From Eukaryota sp. GEM-RC1 (taxonomy: Eukaryota), in contig JAUFOQ010000003.1 of NCBI GenBank assembly GCA_040285855.1, forward strand, positions 1,302,001 to 1,366,000: a DNA stretch of 64,000 nt, read 5' to 3'. Position 1 is the stretch's first letter. Every line of letters begins with the position of its first letter. Below the pieces are notes generated by a model. It saw nothing but the letters and a program-made list of their open reading frames with translations. It did not search any database and was not told where the DNA came from. Shown here piece by piece: positions 34,101 to 47,692 of this stretch. Made by a program: the position numbers and the translations under genes.

Positions 34101-36491
34101 CTGAGAACCCCAAGTTAGTAGTTAAAACTCTTGGAGACGTGTTCACTAGTATTTTGTCTTTACATTTTGAACCAGTAATGTTTGGGCCACTATTCCTGAT
34201 ACATACGATAGTAGCCACTGCTTGTCGACCCCCACCTGCCATATCTTATGAACATCAGCCATCAATGTGTGGCCACTTTCCTATTTCAGATATATTTGAC
34301 CTCAAAGAAGGCAATCAAGTCATATCTTTTCTGTTGACCTTGACTGACTCAAACGTGTTTCCTCCACGTGTTTGTTTTTATGCTGCACACGTGTCATTGT
34401 ATTTTTTCTTGCGTTTTCCTGTTGAAATCAGGTGTCAAATGTCGGACCTCTATTTTTCTTTTCTTACTAATAATTATCCCTTGGATATAATGCTGAAGGA
34501 CTTTATACTAAAGTATTCCACTTCAGATCCTGTTTTTCCTCATCGTTTGTTCAATTACCCTCCTCCACCCGCTCAAAATTTTCAAAAATCTCACTTTTTG
34601 ACCGATTCATCCATCATCTCTCTTGTCGCCTGGCGTGGAGGCTTCGACTTCCTCTCCCGTCGTCCCAGTGGTACAACTCACTTTAGAATGGGGGCACTGG
34701 GGTTCGTACCCACCCTCTCTGTTCAAGAGTATGATAACCAAGAGAAGTTAAGTCAAGATAAGTCAAGTCAACCTAAAGAAATTGAGCCTCCTGGTATTGA
34801 AGCTATTGAACATCGTTCTGCTGAAAGTAATTTGCACCAATTTGACTTCGAATCGGAGCCTTATGATGATACTGTTTGGACAGTTGATTCTGATGATGAC
34901 GATCTTTCTATTTCTGATGATTGTTTTGAATATTCTGATGATTTAAATATTTCCGGTCTGTTCACATCTGGTCTCAACGTCACGTCACTTCCAGTCGTTC
35001 TCCCTTCCAGTAAAGTTGACGTCATGAAGAGCACCTCCTTGTTTCCAACATCTTTCTCCTCTGCTGACACAGTCTACGCTGAGGTTAAGTTCAATCATTT
35101 AGATAGTCCATCACCTTCTATTAGTGGCACTCATTATGATAGTGAAGAAACAACTGCCCCAAATATCACCATGTCTGAGTCGTCACAGTCAGATCAATCA
35201 ATCAAAGCCGGCGCTTCAAGCGATCCCTTTGAGGACCCAACTCCAAGTCATCAGATTGTCACTGAAAGTCATCAGATTTCCAACGACGATCAACAATCTT
35301 CTAACATCATTGCATATTCCTCTGCAAAGGGTCCAATGAGTGACTTTTCCCCCTTCTCTCCCCTCCAGTCCACTGACTTTCCACAATCTCTCGTTACTTC
35401 CCTCTGATCATTGGTCATCTCAAATGGGGGTACTGGGGAAACCTGCCAGTCAATCAATGCTTCAGCAAAATAATCCAGCTGACGTTAAATTTCCAATCAG
35501 AACTGGTATCTTACTTCCCCCCTTTGGCATTATGCCTTCAGATCAACCCACCTTCTACAATCCCGTACTGCTCGCCACTGCAAAGGCCTTAAGATCATCC
35601 CAAGTCAATGACGACAGGGGTTCCACAGTTGAACTACCTCGCGATAGCCATTGGTTAACCCCAGTCTCTCCACTGTCTTTGTTTTCTGAATTCTTCGGAA
35701 GTCTGTTGACTTCAAAGGAAAGTGTTCATTGCCTGCAATCTCCTTCTGCTGAGTTGGATGCTACTCTAACTGAAATAGACATGACTCCAGCCTTTGAAGT
35801 TCATAAAGCGGGATTAGTATATCTAAAACACGGTCAAACAAAGTCAATAGACATTCTTTCTAATTCTGATCCCTTTCTCCCTTCGTATACCCAGTTTCTT
35901 GCTGGTTTAGGTCGATTAGTTGCTTTAGAGGACTGCTCTGGTATGTTCACTGGTGGCCTTCGAACGCCAGAAGATGGTAAGTTTGCTTTAGTACGATTAA
36001 CACCATTGTCAACGATTGTTTTCCATGTAGCAAATCTTATGCCAAATAATCCACATGATGTTGCTAGAGCTGGTAAATTACGACATATTGGTAATGATTA
36101 TGTTATTGTTTGTTTCTGTGAACCTGGTGCCAAAGCTTCAATGAATATTCTAAATTTTGGACAGTTCAATTCCGTTTTTATTATTGTTACTCCGGTGGGA
36201 AATAATTTTTACCGTGTTGAAATCACTTCCAAACCTCAATTAGAACCAAATTTATCATTTTTTTCCGAGTTTTTGAGTGGATCATTTATTCTCAATTCCA
36301 GTAGTTTAGTTCCTTTTGTAGCTCAGGTAGTATCAACGTGTAATCGACTGTGCACTCTAGTGTTTGATAGTGATCGTGCTGCATGTAGGCCATTGCTCCG
36401 AACTCAAAAAATATTGAAGGTTTCAGATGAATTTAAAAAGACTGAGATTACTCCCGCAAATCTGTTCCAATTCTTTTCAAATACACTGTAA
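31181..36491 (+). CDS. TSC2: Tuberin/TSC2-like protein with C-terminal Rap-GAP domain (frameshifts near 31500, 32035, 35400)
   Basis: SRRPSGTT; HKAGLVY...GQT...ILSN; FLAGLG; FTGGL; IVFHVANLMP; KLRHIGNDYV. Confidence 0.78.
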
Positions 36492-36555
36492 TCATTTTTT
36501 GTACTTAATTCATTTTCTTTTGGATTTGGACATCATAATTATGATATTAAAAAAT

Positions 36556-36628
36556 TGGAGGAGCAGGGTTTCGATCCCCGTACCTGTTGATTGCGGATCA
36601 ACCGCTCTACCAATTGAGCTACACCCCC
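36556..36628 (-). tRNA. tRNA-Ala(CGC)
   Basis: Cloverleaf GGGGGTGTAGCTCAATTGGTAGAGCG-GTTGA-TCCGCAA-TCAAC...GGGGATCGAAACCCTG-CTCCTCCA, G3:U70 pair, followed by a T-run terminator. Confidence 0.9.
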
Positions 36629-36858
36629 TCACTCTGGATTTATGTTCTGAATACCGTTTTGTTGGAATTGGCAGAATCTATTTTGAAATGAAAATGTAAA
36701 CATCTTAGGCCAAAAAGGTGACGTGTCACTATACAGATGTTTGTTAATGTACCTTCCACCAGTGTGGTGTGTACAGAGGAGTTCTTCTCGAGTTAGTGTA
36801 CGATGTCTGCGAAGGTAGTACAAATTGACAGTAACTGTAAACCAGACAATAAATCTCA

Positions 36859-37563
36859 ATGGAAGAAGTACTGTGTTGGCCACAATTCCCACTCTATGAT
36901 CGATCTGATGAACGGAAAATTAGCGTCGATAAGAACGCTGTCCGAAAACTCTTAGCTAATGCAAGAAAGAAGGCATATGAGTCCAAAGTAAGAGCAAAAG
37001 CTGGGTCTTTAGGATCTGTAGCTCTTGAGAAGGCAAGACGAAGAAGAACTCTTAAACAATTGGTTCAACGGGTTTCCATCGACAGCAGAAGTGCCTGGAG
37101 AACTGAGTTTGCACGAAGGAGACGTCTTTCATTACTAGAAGAAAGAAAAATGAAGGCTAGACAGTCCAGGACCGCCTCCCGTGCTATGCTTAATGCGTCA
37201 ACCAAGATTAAGCATCAATTTGGCATCAAAGTGGAGGAAAGAAGACAACCTGTTCGGATGACTCTTGATTACTCCCCTCCTCGAGGAATCGTACCAATAC
37301 ATTTGGTTTCCAGGCTGTCTTCGAAGAAAACACCGCTCAGTCTTGGTCATATTTTGAGAAAACAACAAGCAGCATTCATTCGTAGACGTATCCACCTTCT
37401 GGGTGTAAAGAGACGGGCATTGTCTGATTTGAACAGGTGTCGGAGAGTTGCTTACCTAAAGAAGACTCGCGGTTCTGCTCTTGCAAAACACTCATGTCAG
37501 CCTAGAATTCGTGCTAAAAAGCGTGTACGATTCAACAAGAATTTGGCCTTCTTTTTGCCTTAG
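36859..37563 (+). CDS. Highly basic hypothetical protein
   Basis: 234-codon ORF, Arg/Lys-rich; no family recognised. Confidence 0.5.
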   Translation: MEEVLCWPQFPLYDRSDERKISVDKNAVRKLLANARKKAYESKVRAKAGSLGSVALEKARRRRTLKQLVQRVSIDSRSAWRTEFARRRRLSLLEERKMKARQSRTASRAMLNASTKIKHQFGIKVEERRQPVRMTLDYSPPRGIVPIHLVSRLSSKKTPLSLGHILRKQQAAFIRRRIHLLGVKRRALSDLNRCRRVAYLKKTRGSALAKHSCQPRIRAKKRVRFNKNLAFFLP

Positions 37564-37769
37564 GTTTATTTGAATATTCCGTGTTATCTAAATATTTGTA
37601 CAGAATGATTCTTCATCACGTTGACCCAGTTCACAGTTATACAGACGTAGGATGTTCATTGTTGCATGATACTACATCAATGTTTACATTCTACATCATC
37701 ACTTTAGTTGATTTGGTATATTGTATTTGCTTTAAAAAAACTGTTGTTAGACAAAGGGGACATAAATAC

Positions 37770-38745
37770 ATTTCGAAATAAAAGCCATGAAACACTAGTT
37801 ACAGAACATTCCTGGTCAACACTACCACAGTACTACTTCGTGATAATTGATTTAATAAACTTAAGCATCGAACGGAACAGAGAAAAAATGAAACGGTTAT
37901 GCCAAATTGATAAGTTAAATCTCTTATTCTGAAACTTACACATAGATCCAAAGTCAGTCAAATTTTGAGAAGCCACTTCACCAAAACTACCGAAAATAGA
38001 AATAGCAGAAAAACAAATAAAAATTTCGAGTATAAATTTTGATTGAGTTTAGCAACATCCTTAGAATACAGATCAATTTTCCGTTTTTCGTCTGATTCTA
38101 GGTGGTTGAAACCTTTTGAAGTTAAAGTTATGCTGTTAAACTAAGTTTGAGCGCATGGATCTAATGTTGTAACATCAAGGATAATTTGACTGGAATCAAT
38201 AAAAGGACCATGTAAGTCACCTCGACGAAAATATTAATTAAATGAAGACCGAACTTACTAAATATGGGTTCAACTTCGGCATGAAATCCTGGAGCTTTAA
38301 ACATTTCAAATGTTACTTCTCTGACAGCATTATGGAGAGCAGAACGAAATTGAATAAATTTGGGGCAATAAATTACATGTCTAAAAGTGGCAATGCGACG
38401 ATGACTACAAACACATTCAGAATTGTCCAGCAATTCCAAACCTAAACATAAGCGCATATTTAATTTCCGAGCTTCATCAGACAAATGCAAACCAAAAGAA
38501 CGTGGTTGTTGAGTGATCAACCAAGTTGAATTCTTTATATCAATTAACAAAGCAGCAATGACGGGATTTTGTATTTTAGTAACACTAAAATAATCAAAAA
38601 ATTATCAATTTGGCATAACCGTTTGATTTTTTCTTTGTTCCGTTCGGTGCATAAGTTTTTTAAATCAATTTTTTCAAAGTTGTATAAAAACTGTGGTACT
38701 ATTGACCAGGAATTTTCGGTGTCTAGTGTTTCATAGCTTTTATTA
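37770..38745. repeat. Long imperfect inverted repeat (about 140-bp arms) enclosing a retroelement fragment
   Basis: 37780-37915 is the reverse complement of 38600-38742 (e.g. AAACGGTTATGCCAAATTGATAA / TTATCAATTTGGCATAACCGTTT). Confidence 0.8.
37925..38600 (-). mobile_element. Degenerate CRE-like non-LTR retrotransposon fragment (zinc knuckle plus restriction-like endonuclease region)
   Basis: WLITQQP...MRLCLG...CVC...H...C...RSALHNAVR...EVEP; AISIFGSFG remnant. Confidence 0.7.
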
Positions 38746-38854
38746 TTATATGAAATTTTGTACCATCCATCAATAAACTATTCATTTTAAAATAATGTTC
38801 GAAATCCAGGTTTTCGAATGCCTTCAAAGGCTTATTTTAAAGTTTAACCACACA

Positions 38855-38975
38855 AAACAAGGCATTTCAAATTGTGTGGAAGGTTATCAGGCCAAATAAA
38901 TGACCGTAAACGCATGTTTAATGACCAAGAGTTATCATCAAGAAAAAGACCGTAAACTTGAGGGATTTGAGTGGT
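38855..38975 (-). mobile_element. Short CRE-like retroelement fragment
   Basis: Near-identical to 40495-40607. Confidence 0.75.
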
Positions 38976-39428
38976 CGGACATGAAGCAGAGCTGTTAGAA
39001 ACATCCGTTATGAAATTTGCAAAATCGGGATTTTTTCCTTGGACATGCCAAGTCGAACATTATAATCCAAGCTTTCAAAAAATATTTGTGAGTTTCTGTT
39101 CCTGGTAAATGAGAAGGAAAACAACTGTTCCAAATATCCAAATCCAAATTGTCAATAACTGAGACTGACAAACTCAGCCAAGGAATAGCGTTTCATTGAA
39201 CAAAAAACCGTATCGTATTTATTGTTGATTATATTATTTTTGATTCTGGAATTCCAGTAGCTATGAACAGTAACTTCCATTCAGTTTTGTATATTCACAA
39301 TTCCAGTGTTTACAAAATGAACTTAAAGATATCTATTTGAAGATGATCACGTCATATGACGTGACAAAGATATCTACTAACGATGAGAATTTCCAAGTGG
39401 TTCAACAACTCGGAAAGATTTTTCAAAC

Positions 39429-39686
39429 ATGGATCTTTGGTCAAACAAGAAGGACTTGAAAGATGATCACAGAGCTGAATTGCGAAAGCTCTCTTTAGAA
39501 CAAGAAGAAGAAATGAAACTTCTCCGAGTAAGACATTTTGAAGAAGACCGTGATTTGTTCAATGCTCAAGCAGAGGAAATGCGAAGGGTTGCTGAGTGTA
39601 TTCAAAATGATGAAGAAAGAGAGGTTTACTGCAAGGAAATAGACCGTGAGTACAAACCAAGACGTAACCCTTGCGATGACGTGTAG
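39429..39686 (+). CDS. Small charged hypothetical protein
   Basis: 85-codon ORF with helical, charged composition; no family recognised. Confidence 0.35.
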   Translation: MDLWSNKKDLKDDHRAELRKLSLEQEEEMKLLRVRHFEEDRDLFNAQAEEMRRVAECIQNDEEREVYCKEIDREYKPRRNPCDDV

Positions 39687-39836
39687 GGGAGAATTATTGT
39701 TTTTTGAATAAATAGGTATCGAAAACTATAGGTTTCAATTTTGAATATAATATATTGAACAAATTCTAGAACTGTCAACATCCTTTTTTTTTAATCATAG
39801 TGGTTTCTTGACAACAACATTAGAGTGTACATACAT

Positions 39837-40625
39837 CTAATAATCAATATCCTCAAAGTCCAGATTGCCTAACTGGAAATTTTCACCTACCTTATGTTCA
39901 TAATGTCTGCCAAGAGATAATAAAGCGCTAGATACAGAAGTCACCATACCTTTAAAGATAGCAAACACGATTCGATTTTTCCAAAATCTAAGATCAAAAG
40001 TCCTAGATGTTTTTTCTTTTACAATCTTCACAAAGATTTCAAGTAATGATGTTGCAGATTCACCTAAAGAACCGTACAGTGAAAATACAAAAGGGTACAG
40101 CAAGTAATTCGAGTGTGAAGCGGAATTCAATAATTTCAATTTAGCACAATATTTTTGCATTTTAAATTTTTCACCAATCAACAAGGGGTTTTGAGCATTA
40201 GATATAGCAAGTTTCTTGTTGGAATCATTACAAACATCGATAGACATAACATCAGCAATAATGAAAGATCCATCGAGACCAGGAAATATGACATCACCAC
40301 GGCTATTTCCAAACGATTTGTCAACATCTGAATCATCAAACAAACCAGCCAGAACTGGTTCTAAAAAGGAAACTGTTCCAAAAGATTTACACATACAATA
40401 TAATTGTCCCTTACTGAATCATGAACCTTACTTCTAAAAAGAAATAAAACGGTTACAATTCAATAAATGTGTAGGTGTTACAGATTGCCCACATTGGCAT
40501 TTCAAATTACGTGGAAGGTTATCAGGCCAAATATATGACCGTAAACGTATGTTTAATGACCAAGAGTTATCATCAAGAAGAAGACCGTAAACTTGAGGGA
40601 TTTGAGTAAGTCAAACCAAACTTGT
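39837..40625 (-). mobile_element. 5'-truncated CRE-like non-LTR retrotransposon (C-terminal knuckle and RLE domain)
   Basis: LTQIPQVYG...CQCG...THLLNC; FLEP, SRGDV, ADV, GEKFKMQKY, PFVFSLYGSLG. Confidence 0.78.
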
Positions 40626-40887
40626 ATGACTTGAACCAAGACCTCTAACAAATACCTGCTACATCACTGTAGTAGTGAGCTAAATTTATAGAAGCATGAG
40701 TATTATACATCAATCAGACGGGTGAGCTTTATTGGATTCTCATCAGTTCGAATTTTTTAAATGTACTGGATTTGATGATTTTACAGTGATCATATCCCGT
40801 TCATGAACTAGTAAAAAACCAGGCTGAATTACCAGCATGTTAAAAAATAGACACAATACTGTATAATTCAAAAGAAAACAAGAGACA

Positions 40888-42114
40888 TTAGATCCAATCC
40901 GCATCTCTAATTTTCCTAGGTAGATATTCTTGAGTTAGATACTGGAAACCAAAGGTAGAAAGAGCCTGAATTTCGGCCTTTTCCTTCTTCTTAATCATTA
41001 TATTTAATTCTCTTACCCAATCAGGATTCCTTTTAATAAAATCTTCCTCTAACAACTCCTTCCCTGTCTTTATATCTTTATCAGTCATTGGAAGACGACA
41101 CTGTGCAGGAATCCTATACTTGTCCAAATCTGAAGGTAAAACCCCCAACCATTTGATATCTGGGGTGGTGAGATGAGCGGAATCATACGACATGTTCTTA
41201 GATCCACTCATGTAGACAGACAAGATCTTCAGCCCATAGGGATCACTATCAAATAGTCCTAGGATGGGAATTCCCAAGACTTCTTTTAGTTTGGAGAGGA
41301 AAAGTCTGGTAGCCACATCGGGCTGACCTTTTGCAGTAATGATAATGCATGGATAACGATTATAGAAACGATCTTCCGACAACCGCATAAAAGCAGCATC
41401 TTTTTCCACCAAAAGAATGAATTTGGCATCAGACTGGAGGTTGACAACTTGGTCAATAAAAGGAGGAATAGCTTTACCACCAACACCCATACGAGAACAA
41501 TCAATGGGGTCACCATTCTCTGTGTATTGAAGACGACCGACAACGACACCCTTTTCAGAAGCAACAACATGGAGAGAGGTACGAGTTACACCTAATAAAC
41601 AAGCGCAATCATCCAGCATATCATCTGAAGCCAGCTGATCTCCAAAAAGTTTAACATCAGTATAGAACAAATCTCTCTTAGTTGTATGTATACCCTTATC
41701 GCACAGTTCTCTTACTAATCGAAGAACTCTGCACATGATAGCGGTCTTCTTAACCATAGAAACGTTGGCAAAAGAACGAATGGTTTCCTTGTCTCCGAGA
41801 ACAATTCTTTCAAGTTCTTCAACAAAGTGTTGGTTGGAGGAAGCTCGAGAAGCTAAAGTGAAGGATATTCCGTCCCCAGATAAGATGCTGTGAGTTACAC
41901 GTAACATGTGTTCCTCTATAAGTGATGAGACTTCCGAAGCATTGAGAATCTTGACTTCTTTGAGTTTGATATCAGATTCTATATCGTGAACTGTTAAGCG
42001 TTTTTTCTTGGCTGCGCGATCACGTTTAGTCAACTCTTCGACATGAGCTAGAACAATGTCAGGATCTGCATCACCAGAGACTGCAGTGGCTCCTTTACGA
42101 CGTTTGGGAGGCAT
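40888..42114 (-). CDS. TOP6A: DNA topoisomerase VI subunit A (SPO11-3 type)
   Basis: [13 protein letters not shown] (catalytic Tyr), [44 protein letters not shown], resembling plant SPO11-3. Confidence 0.92.
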   Translation of the reverse strand: MPPKRRKGATAVSGDADPDIVLAHVEELTKRDRAAKKKRLTVHDIESDIKLKEVKILNASEVSSLIEEHMLRVTHSILSGDGISFTLASRASSNQHFVEELERIVLGDKETIRSFANVSMVKKTAIMCRVLRLVRELCDKGIHTTKRDLFYTDVKLFGDQLASDDMLDDCACLLGVTRTSLHVVASEKGVVVGRLQYTENGDPIDCSRMGVGGKAIPPFIDQVVNLQSDAKFILLVEKDAAFMRLSEDRFYNRYPCIIITAKGQPDVATRLFLSKLKEVLGIPILGLFDSDPYGLKILSVYMSGSKNMSYDSAHLTTPDIKWLGVLPSDLDKYRIPAQCRLPMTDKDIKTGKELLEEDFIKRNPDWVRELNIMIKKKEKAEIQALSTFGFQYLTQEYLPRKIRDADWI

Positions 42115-42173
42115 GTTAAGAAATGACAAGAAATGGTCAACTGTTGGTTCTCCTCATTTCCTTCAGTTTCATC

Positions 42174-43720
42174 ATGGATTTTCACTTGTTATTACTATTT
42201 CTCTTTCTGTCTTTCACTTACGCAGAGGTGTTTTCCACTCATTTCGATTTCCTTCCAGTTCTGGTTGCTAGCTTCAATTCGTCTGATTCCGGTAAGTCGT
42301 ACAACTGGGATGGCAAGTGCTTTCACGATAACACAATGTCCTTCGAATTCGATCACAAGGCTTCCAAGCTTGTTGTTTCTGTTGTCTCCACCCATTCTCG
42401 ATCCGCCACCTGCCTTGATTCCTACGTCGTCCTCACTCAGTTCGGCCTCCACGTCAGACAGAACTTCTTTAGAGGTCACCACACTTGGCACTTCCATCTT
42501 TCTCCTTCAGAATTTCATGACGCTCTGATCTACGGTGTGCACATCTTCAATGTTAACCAATCCATGATTCACTTTGCCAAGGATATATACCACACAGCAA
42601 GACTGTTCATGGGAAGAGGTACTGAGAAGGAGAATATTGAGTTTTTAGAAGAAAGACTTAAGATCAACCTCAAACCGAGAACTATTGAGCCATTGGCTTT
42701 TGACAAGAACCTTCTGAAACCCGGTGACGTCATCTTAGAATCAGACGGGGGATCAGCAATCACGACCATGATCTCTTATGGTACTGGTGCATTTGCTGGT
42801 CACTGGTATGCCATTCATAACTCACATTTACTTTAGTGGTATCGTACTAGACATTGGTGGAGTCCTTCACATTGCAGAATCTACCTTCCAAGCTGACGAC
42901 AAGGAGTTTAAGCCTAGAAGAGGGTTTACAGCCACCCCATTTGACCAGTGGATTAGAGAGGAAACTACAATTGAGTATGAAATGGCGGTGTTACTACCTT
43001 TGAGAGAAGATTTATCCAAAAATTTAATAATTCAGCTGCTGTTGACTGGTTTAAAAGAAATGAAGGCACTCCGTATGGACTTCACAACTTTATATTTTCT
43101 TTTATTGACAGTTTGTAATTTTTTTCTTTAATCTAACTCAAGCCGAACATGATAACTGGCCAAATACTGCTACAGTATGTTAGTTATTACTTTTATTTAC
43201 TTTAGTGGCAAATGATTCTCGTCGCTTCCCAAATAGCTCAAGCAGTTGTTCCTGATGCGATTGATACTGTTATGATTGCTGGTCTTAGAAAAGGCTCAAT
43301 GACGACTCAATCAGATCGATTGATGACGTAGTCGTTGCACTTCTCAAACATGGTCATATGAACTTTGGACAACTACTGGCCATGCCTGAAGAAAGTGAAT
43401 GGACGTATGATGGACAGAGAGAGCTGGTATGTAGCTCCTTTGTTATTGAAGTATTAAAACAAGGAGGAATATTTGAATCAGAGATGTTGAAGAACCATAT
43501 AGTACCGCAAGAACAGACTCCAAAGGATTTGGTTCAGTTAGCTATTTATCGCGATGGATGGCTTGACAAACCTTCATATTGTGGATTTGGAAAAACTTCA
43601 ATGTGTCAGATATTTGGACGTTTTCATTATCCAACAATTGAGTATTTCAATAAGATTAATCCTTATGTTGATATGAATTTATTCTGTCCGATGAAGCGAA
43701 CTCCAAGTATGAAGTGTTAA
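42174..43720 (+). CDS. Secreted permuted papain-like (NlpC/P60-type) protein; introns 42806-42836, 43111-43142, 43175-43205
   Basis: Signal peptide MDFHLLLLFLFLSFTYA; LKPGDV...GH(C)GIV...IAES; PYG; LVCSSFV; TPKDL. Splicing restores the frame, with residual homopolymer frameshifts. Confidence 0.6.
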
Positions 43721-44711
43721 ATTATTAAATATTTGTATAAATTGAAATGAAATAGTGTGTTAAATGAAAAGGACAAAATTTTGAGGCATGGATCATTAAA
43801 CAAATACAATTCTAACAAACTTTATTTGGTACCCAATAAGTTTTGTAGGAAGGATACCTTATTGAGCACCGAATAACATTTTATACGGTAAACTATAAAA
43901 TTGTACAAAATAATTAATCAAAAGCATCATAAAAATTATAATAATTAACATACTAGTAAGTAAATTTGGGCATTGAGAGATTCATTGAACAAAAAATAGT
44001 ACAGTACAGATTCTCTGATAATTTATGGGTATTGAAATGTTGAATAGTGATCGGTGTTGATATATTGATGTCTGATTTAGTTGTTTTTTAATTCAGTACA
44101 ATTACAGTATACATAAATTCGAGTTACTGGATTTATATTCAAACAATGAAAAATTTTCATTCTACCAATAACCCAGTTATAGTTCAGTATGAAGCTCTTG
44201 ATAATCATACACCACCAAAGTTAACTTCTGAAAAAGCGAGATAAGTCAATTTCGATTCACTATCCTGTATTTAAGATCTGACTTCACATACAACTCAATT
44301 TTCTAGCTAATTCTATGGTAAGTTCTATGGTAAGTTCAGGATGAATTGAGTGGAAAAAGTGATTGTTTGTTGAAGTAAAACAGAGAGTCAAAAGAGAAAT
44401 AGAGTCAAGTTAAATTGTTTCAATGACTCACCCAATTTCAAACAAACTGGAATTTCATTAATCCCATACATGAAAAGGTACCCAAACATCATATATCAAC
44501 TGTGTAAATTCGAAAATGATTTCGGATGGTTAGGAAAAGAATAGATTTTTGAAAATTCAAGACCAATCCAAACTGAAAGCACAGGTAGGAAATACAAAAT
44601 ATTTCAAAGAAGGGAACTTTGTTTAAAGCTTGGAAAATTTCAGTACGAGATATCAATGTCCAGGAAATTGTAAAATAGATTTTCAGAGAGAATAAATTGG
44701 TTTATTAATTT

Positions 44712-47692
44712 CTAATTTTCGTCATTTGATTCGCTGCTAGTGGCAGCTTTCCCCAATGGTTCGTCAATTTCACTACCATTTGAACCTTCTTCATGGTTTT
44801 CTTCATTGTCTTCTACTTCAGACCCGTCTTCATCAACTTCCTTGACTTCAGTTCCATCTTCAACATCAATGAATTTTGATTGATTTTCAAATGCTACAAC
44901 AGCGTCATCCTCTTCAGAATCACATGTTTTAACATCAATAGCGTCGACCTCAATCATTTCCACGTCATCAGAAGACACAAACTTAGTACCTAAAGTAGTC
45001 ATTCCAATAACTTTGTCAGTGGTATACAACATGGGAGGAAGTAAAAACAACACAAAACATAGAGAAACAAAAGTACCTCGAAGTAGAAGGAATCCAACAT
45101 CAATTACTGTTTGTTGAGAAGATGATATAGTAACTGAAAAACCAGCTGCGAGTAGAATCAATCCAGAAGTTAACACAGTAGGCAGTGCAGCCGTTAGTGC
45201 TTTTTCTAAAGCAAGTTTCTTGGTAAATTCTCTTCTTTTTCAACATAAGATGACGTCATTAGGATGGCGTAGTCAATAGTAGCACCCATTTGAATTGCTT
45301 GGATGATTAGACTGGCAAGGAAGTAGAACTGTTGATCCATAAAGACTGAAACGGACATATTGAGCCAAATAGCTCCTTGAATAATTAAAACTAGAATAAC
45401 TGGAATCGAAAATGATCTGAATGCAAGTAAAATTAAAGTAAAGATTGATCCAAGTGTAAGTATCGTAATGTTCAACTCATCTTCACCAAAAGATTCTTTA
45501 ATATCATAAAAAGTCACGATATTTCCAGTAATTAAACTTCCTTCCCCAAAGACTTCGAAAGCCGTTGATCTGAGTAACTTAGTAAGTTCCCACACTTCCT
45601 CACCTTCAACGTCAATGTCAAAGTAACCAATGAATCTTTGTGTCTTGTCACCAATGAAATTCGACTTACCAGCCACCATCTTTTCAGTTTCGACAGACAG
45701 CATTTGTTTCTGTTCTTCGGGCATGTTGTCAGCAAACATTGGCATAGTATTGAGCGTATGATTAATAAACAACATCATGTTGAGTAGTGGAACAGGCAGG
45801 ACATCACGAGAATCAACAACAACAAAGTATTGAGCATAAATGAAAGAAGAAACTGAAGATTCCATTCCTAGAATATCAGCAAAAGCAGTGTAATCCAGCT
45901 GAGATTCTCTTATAGAAACTAAGGTAAACAACTGACTAAAAGCTTCTAATTCAGACTCAGAAAGGACAACCAAATCATGCTCTAACCAAAGATTAACTTC
46001 AGAGAAAATGTCCAATAATGGAATAGTTGTAGATTCATCAAAAGATTGTGATTCTACTTTAATATCTTCGACATCTTTGGAGTAATCAAAATCCACTTCG
46101 TTTGATGTATAAAAGATGGGAATAAAGAATTCGTCTAGAGAGGGGATTGGAATAAACATAGCAGCTGTTGTAGAGTTGACTGGAACTGGTAGAGTAGAAA
46201 GTAAATGGTCAACTTCAAGAATCTCTGGGGTTTGGAAATCTTCCATGTTGGCCAGAAAAGAGATCATTGACTGAAAACTTTCCGTGTCATCAGCTAATGA
46301 CTCGGCATTTAAATGAAACATGTAAAAGAACATTTGGGACATGGCAGGATCAAACCCAAAAGATTCTAACACCAGAGGAACAATTGGTTGCCCTAGAGTG
46401 TTGTAATAGGACTGGTGGTAAAGGAAATGGTCTAAGGACTGAACCTCGCTAATGAACTGAGCCTCAAGTTCAGCAGAGACATTGGAGCGATCGTGAAGGA
46501 AGAGGACTTGTTCCGCATTACCAAAAACCTCTTGAATCTCTAACTCTCCATCGACAGTTGACACTTCAGAGAACAAGTGCTCAGTATCCAAGGAGAAATA
46601 GAAGGCGGCAGCAACAAGAATGACAGTTAGAATCGTAATAATTCCTCTAGTTTTTGTTGCTAATTTAACAAATGGAGATGCCGGAACTCTAAATGCTCTC
46701 TTCTTAGTCTTTTGACAGAGCTTATCGAATGAAATCATTAGACCAGGAAGTAGCAAAAACACACAAATAAGTGCCCATAATACTCCCTTGGCTAAGACTA
46801 GACCAATGTCTCGTCCAATGAGAAAAGACATCTATGATTAGTGAAAGAAGAGGTATCAAACCTGTGTTAAAGCCAACATTCCAGCAATTGTTGTTAGCGA
46901 AGATGAGGAGATGGGAACAATAGACTTAGACAGAGCACGGATCATGGCGTCTTCTTTGGTGGCAAAGTTCTCTTCTTCTTGATGATATCGGTTCAATAAC
47001 ATGATGAAATAATCCATACTTAACCCGAGGATTAGTACGGAGGCAATGCTTTGTGTGATGAAAGAAACATGTTCAAAAATGGCGTTTGTTCCCGCATTGA
47101 TGACGATAGCACAAGAGATAACGATAGCAAACACAAGTGGTTCCATGTAGGAAGCAGAGGCCAAGGCGAGGATACCGAAAACGATTATTCCTGCTGTAGC
47201 CATCATAATTGGGAGCTCCCCGACCGTACTTCTCATTGCAGCATCAAGAACTGCCTGCCCCCCTAGAAAAACGTCTTTATCAGAGTACTTTTGTTCTAAG
47301 TAGTCAATAGTTTCATCTGTTATAGGACTGCTATTGTTCTCCACAAGAGTGACATGGAAAAGAGCGATGTTGTCTTTGTAGTGAGCAGGATCGTCAATCT
47401 CAAAAGCGACTGAAGCAACGTTTGTTGTGTTTTCAAGTTCTTGGCGAATCTCTAAGGCCGTATCAGTGTCTACATCTTTTACCATGAGTCGAAGGGAACC
47501 TCCTAGTTCAGGATAGTCTTCTCGGATGATTCGGAGGGCTTTCGTCGTATCCGAGTCTGGTGGTAAGTATTCAGACATGTCATAATTGATATTAACCTGA
47601 GTCGATAGCCAAGCTGATAAAACAAACGCGAGAGCAACAAACACAAAGACGATACGCCTTCGTTTAACAATAAAAGTTGCAATAGCCTGCAT
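44712..47692 (-). CDS. MMPL/RND-family membrane transporter of bacterial type; intron 46832-46861, frameshift near 45235
   Basis: INYDMSEYLP, LILGLSMDY, SSSLTTIAG, IGRDIGLVLAKG, IQMGATIDYAIL, LTSGLIL. Confidence 0.85.
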
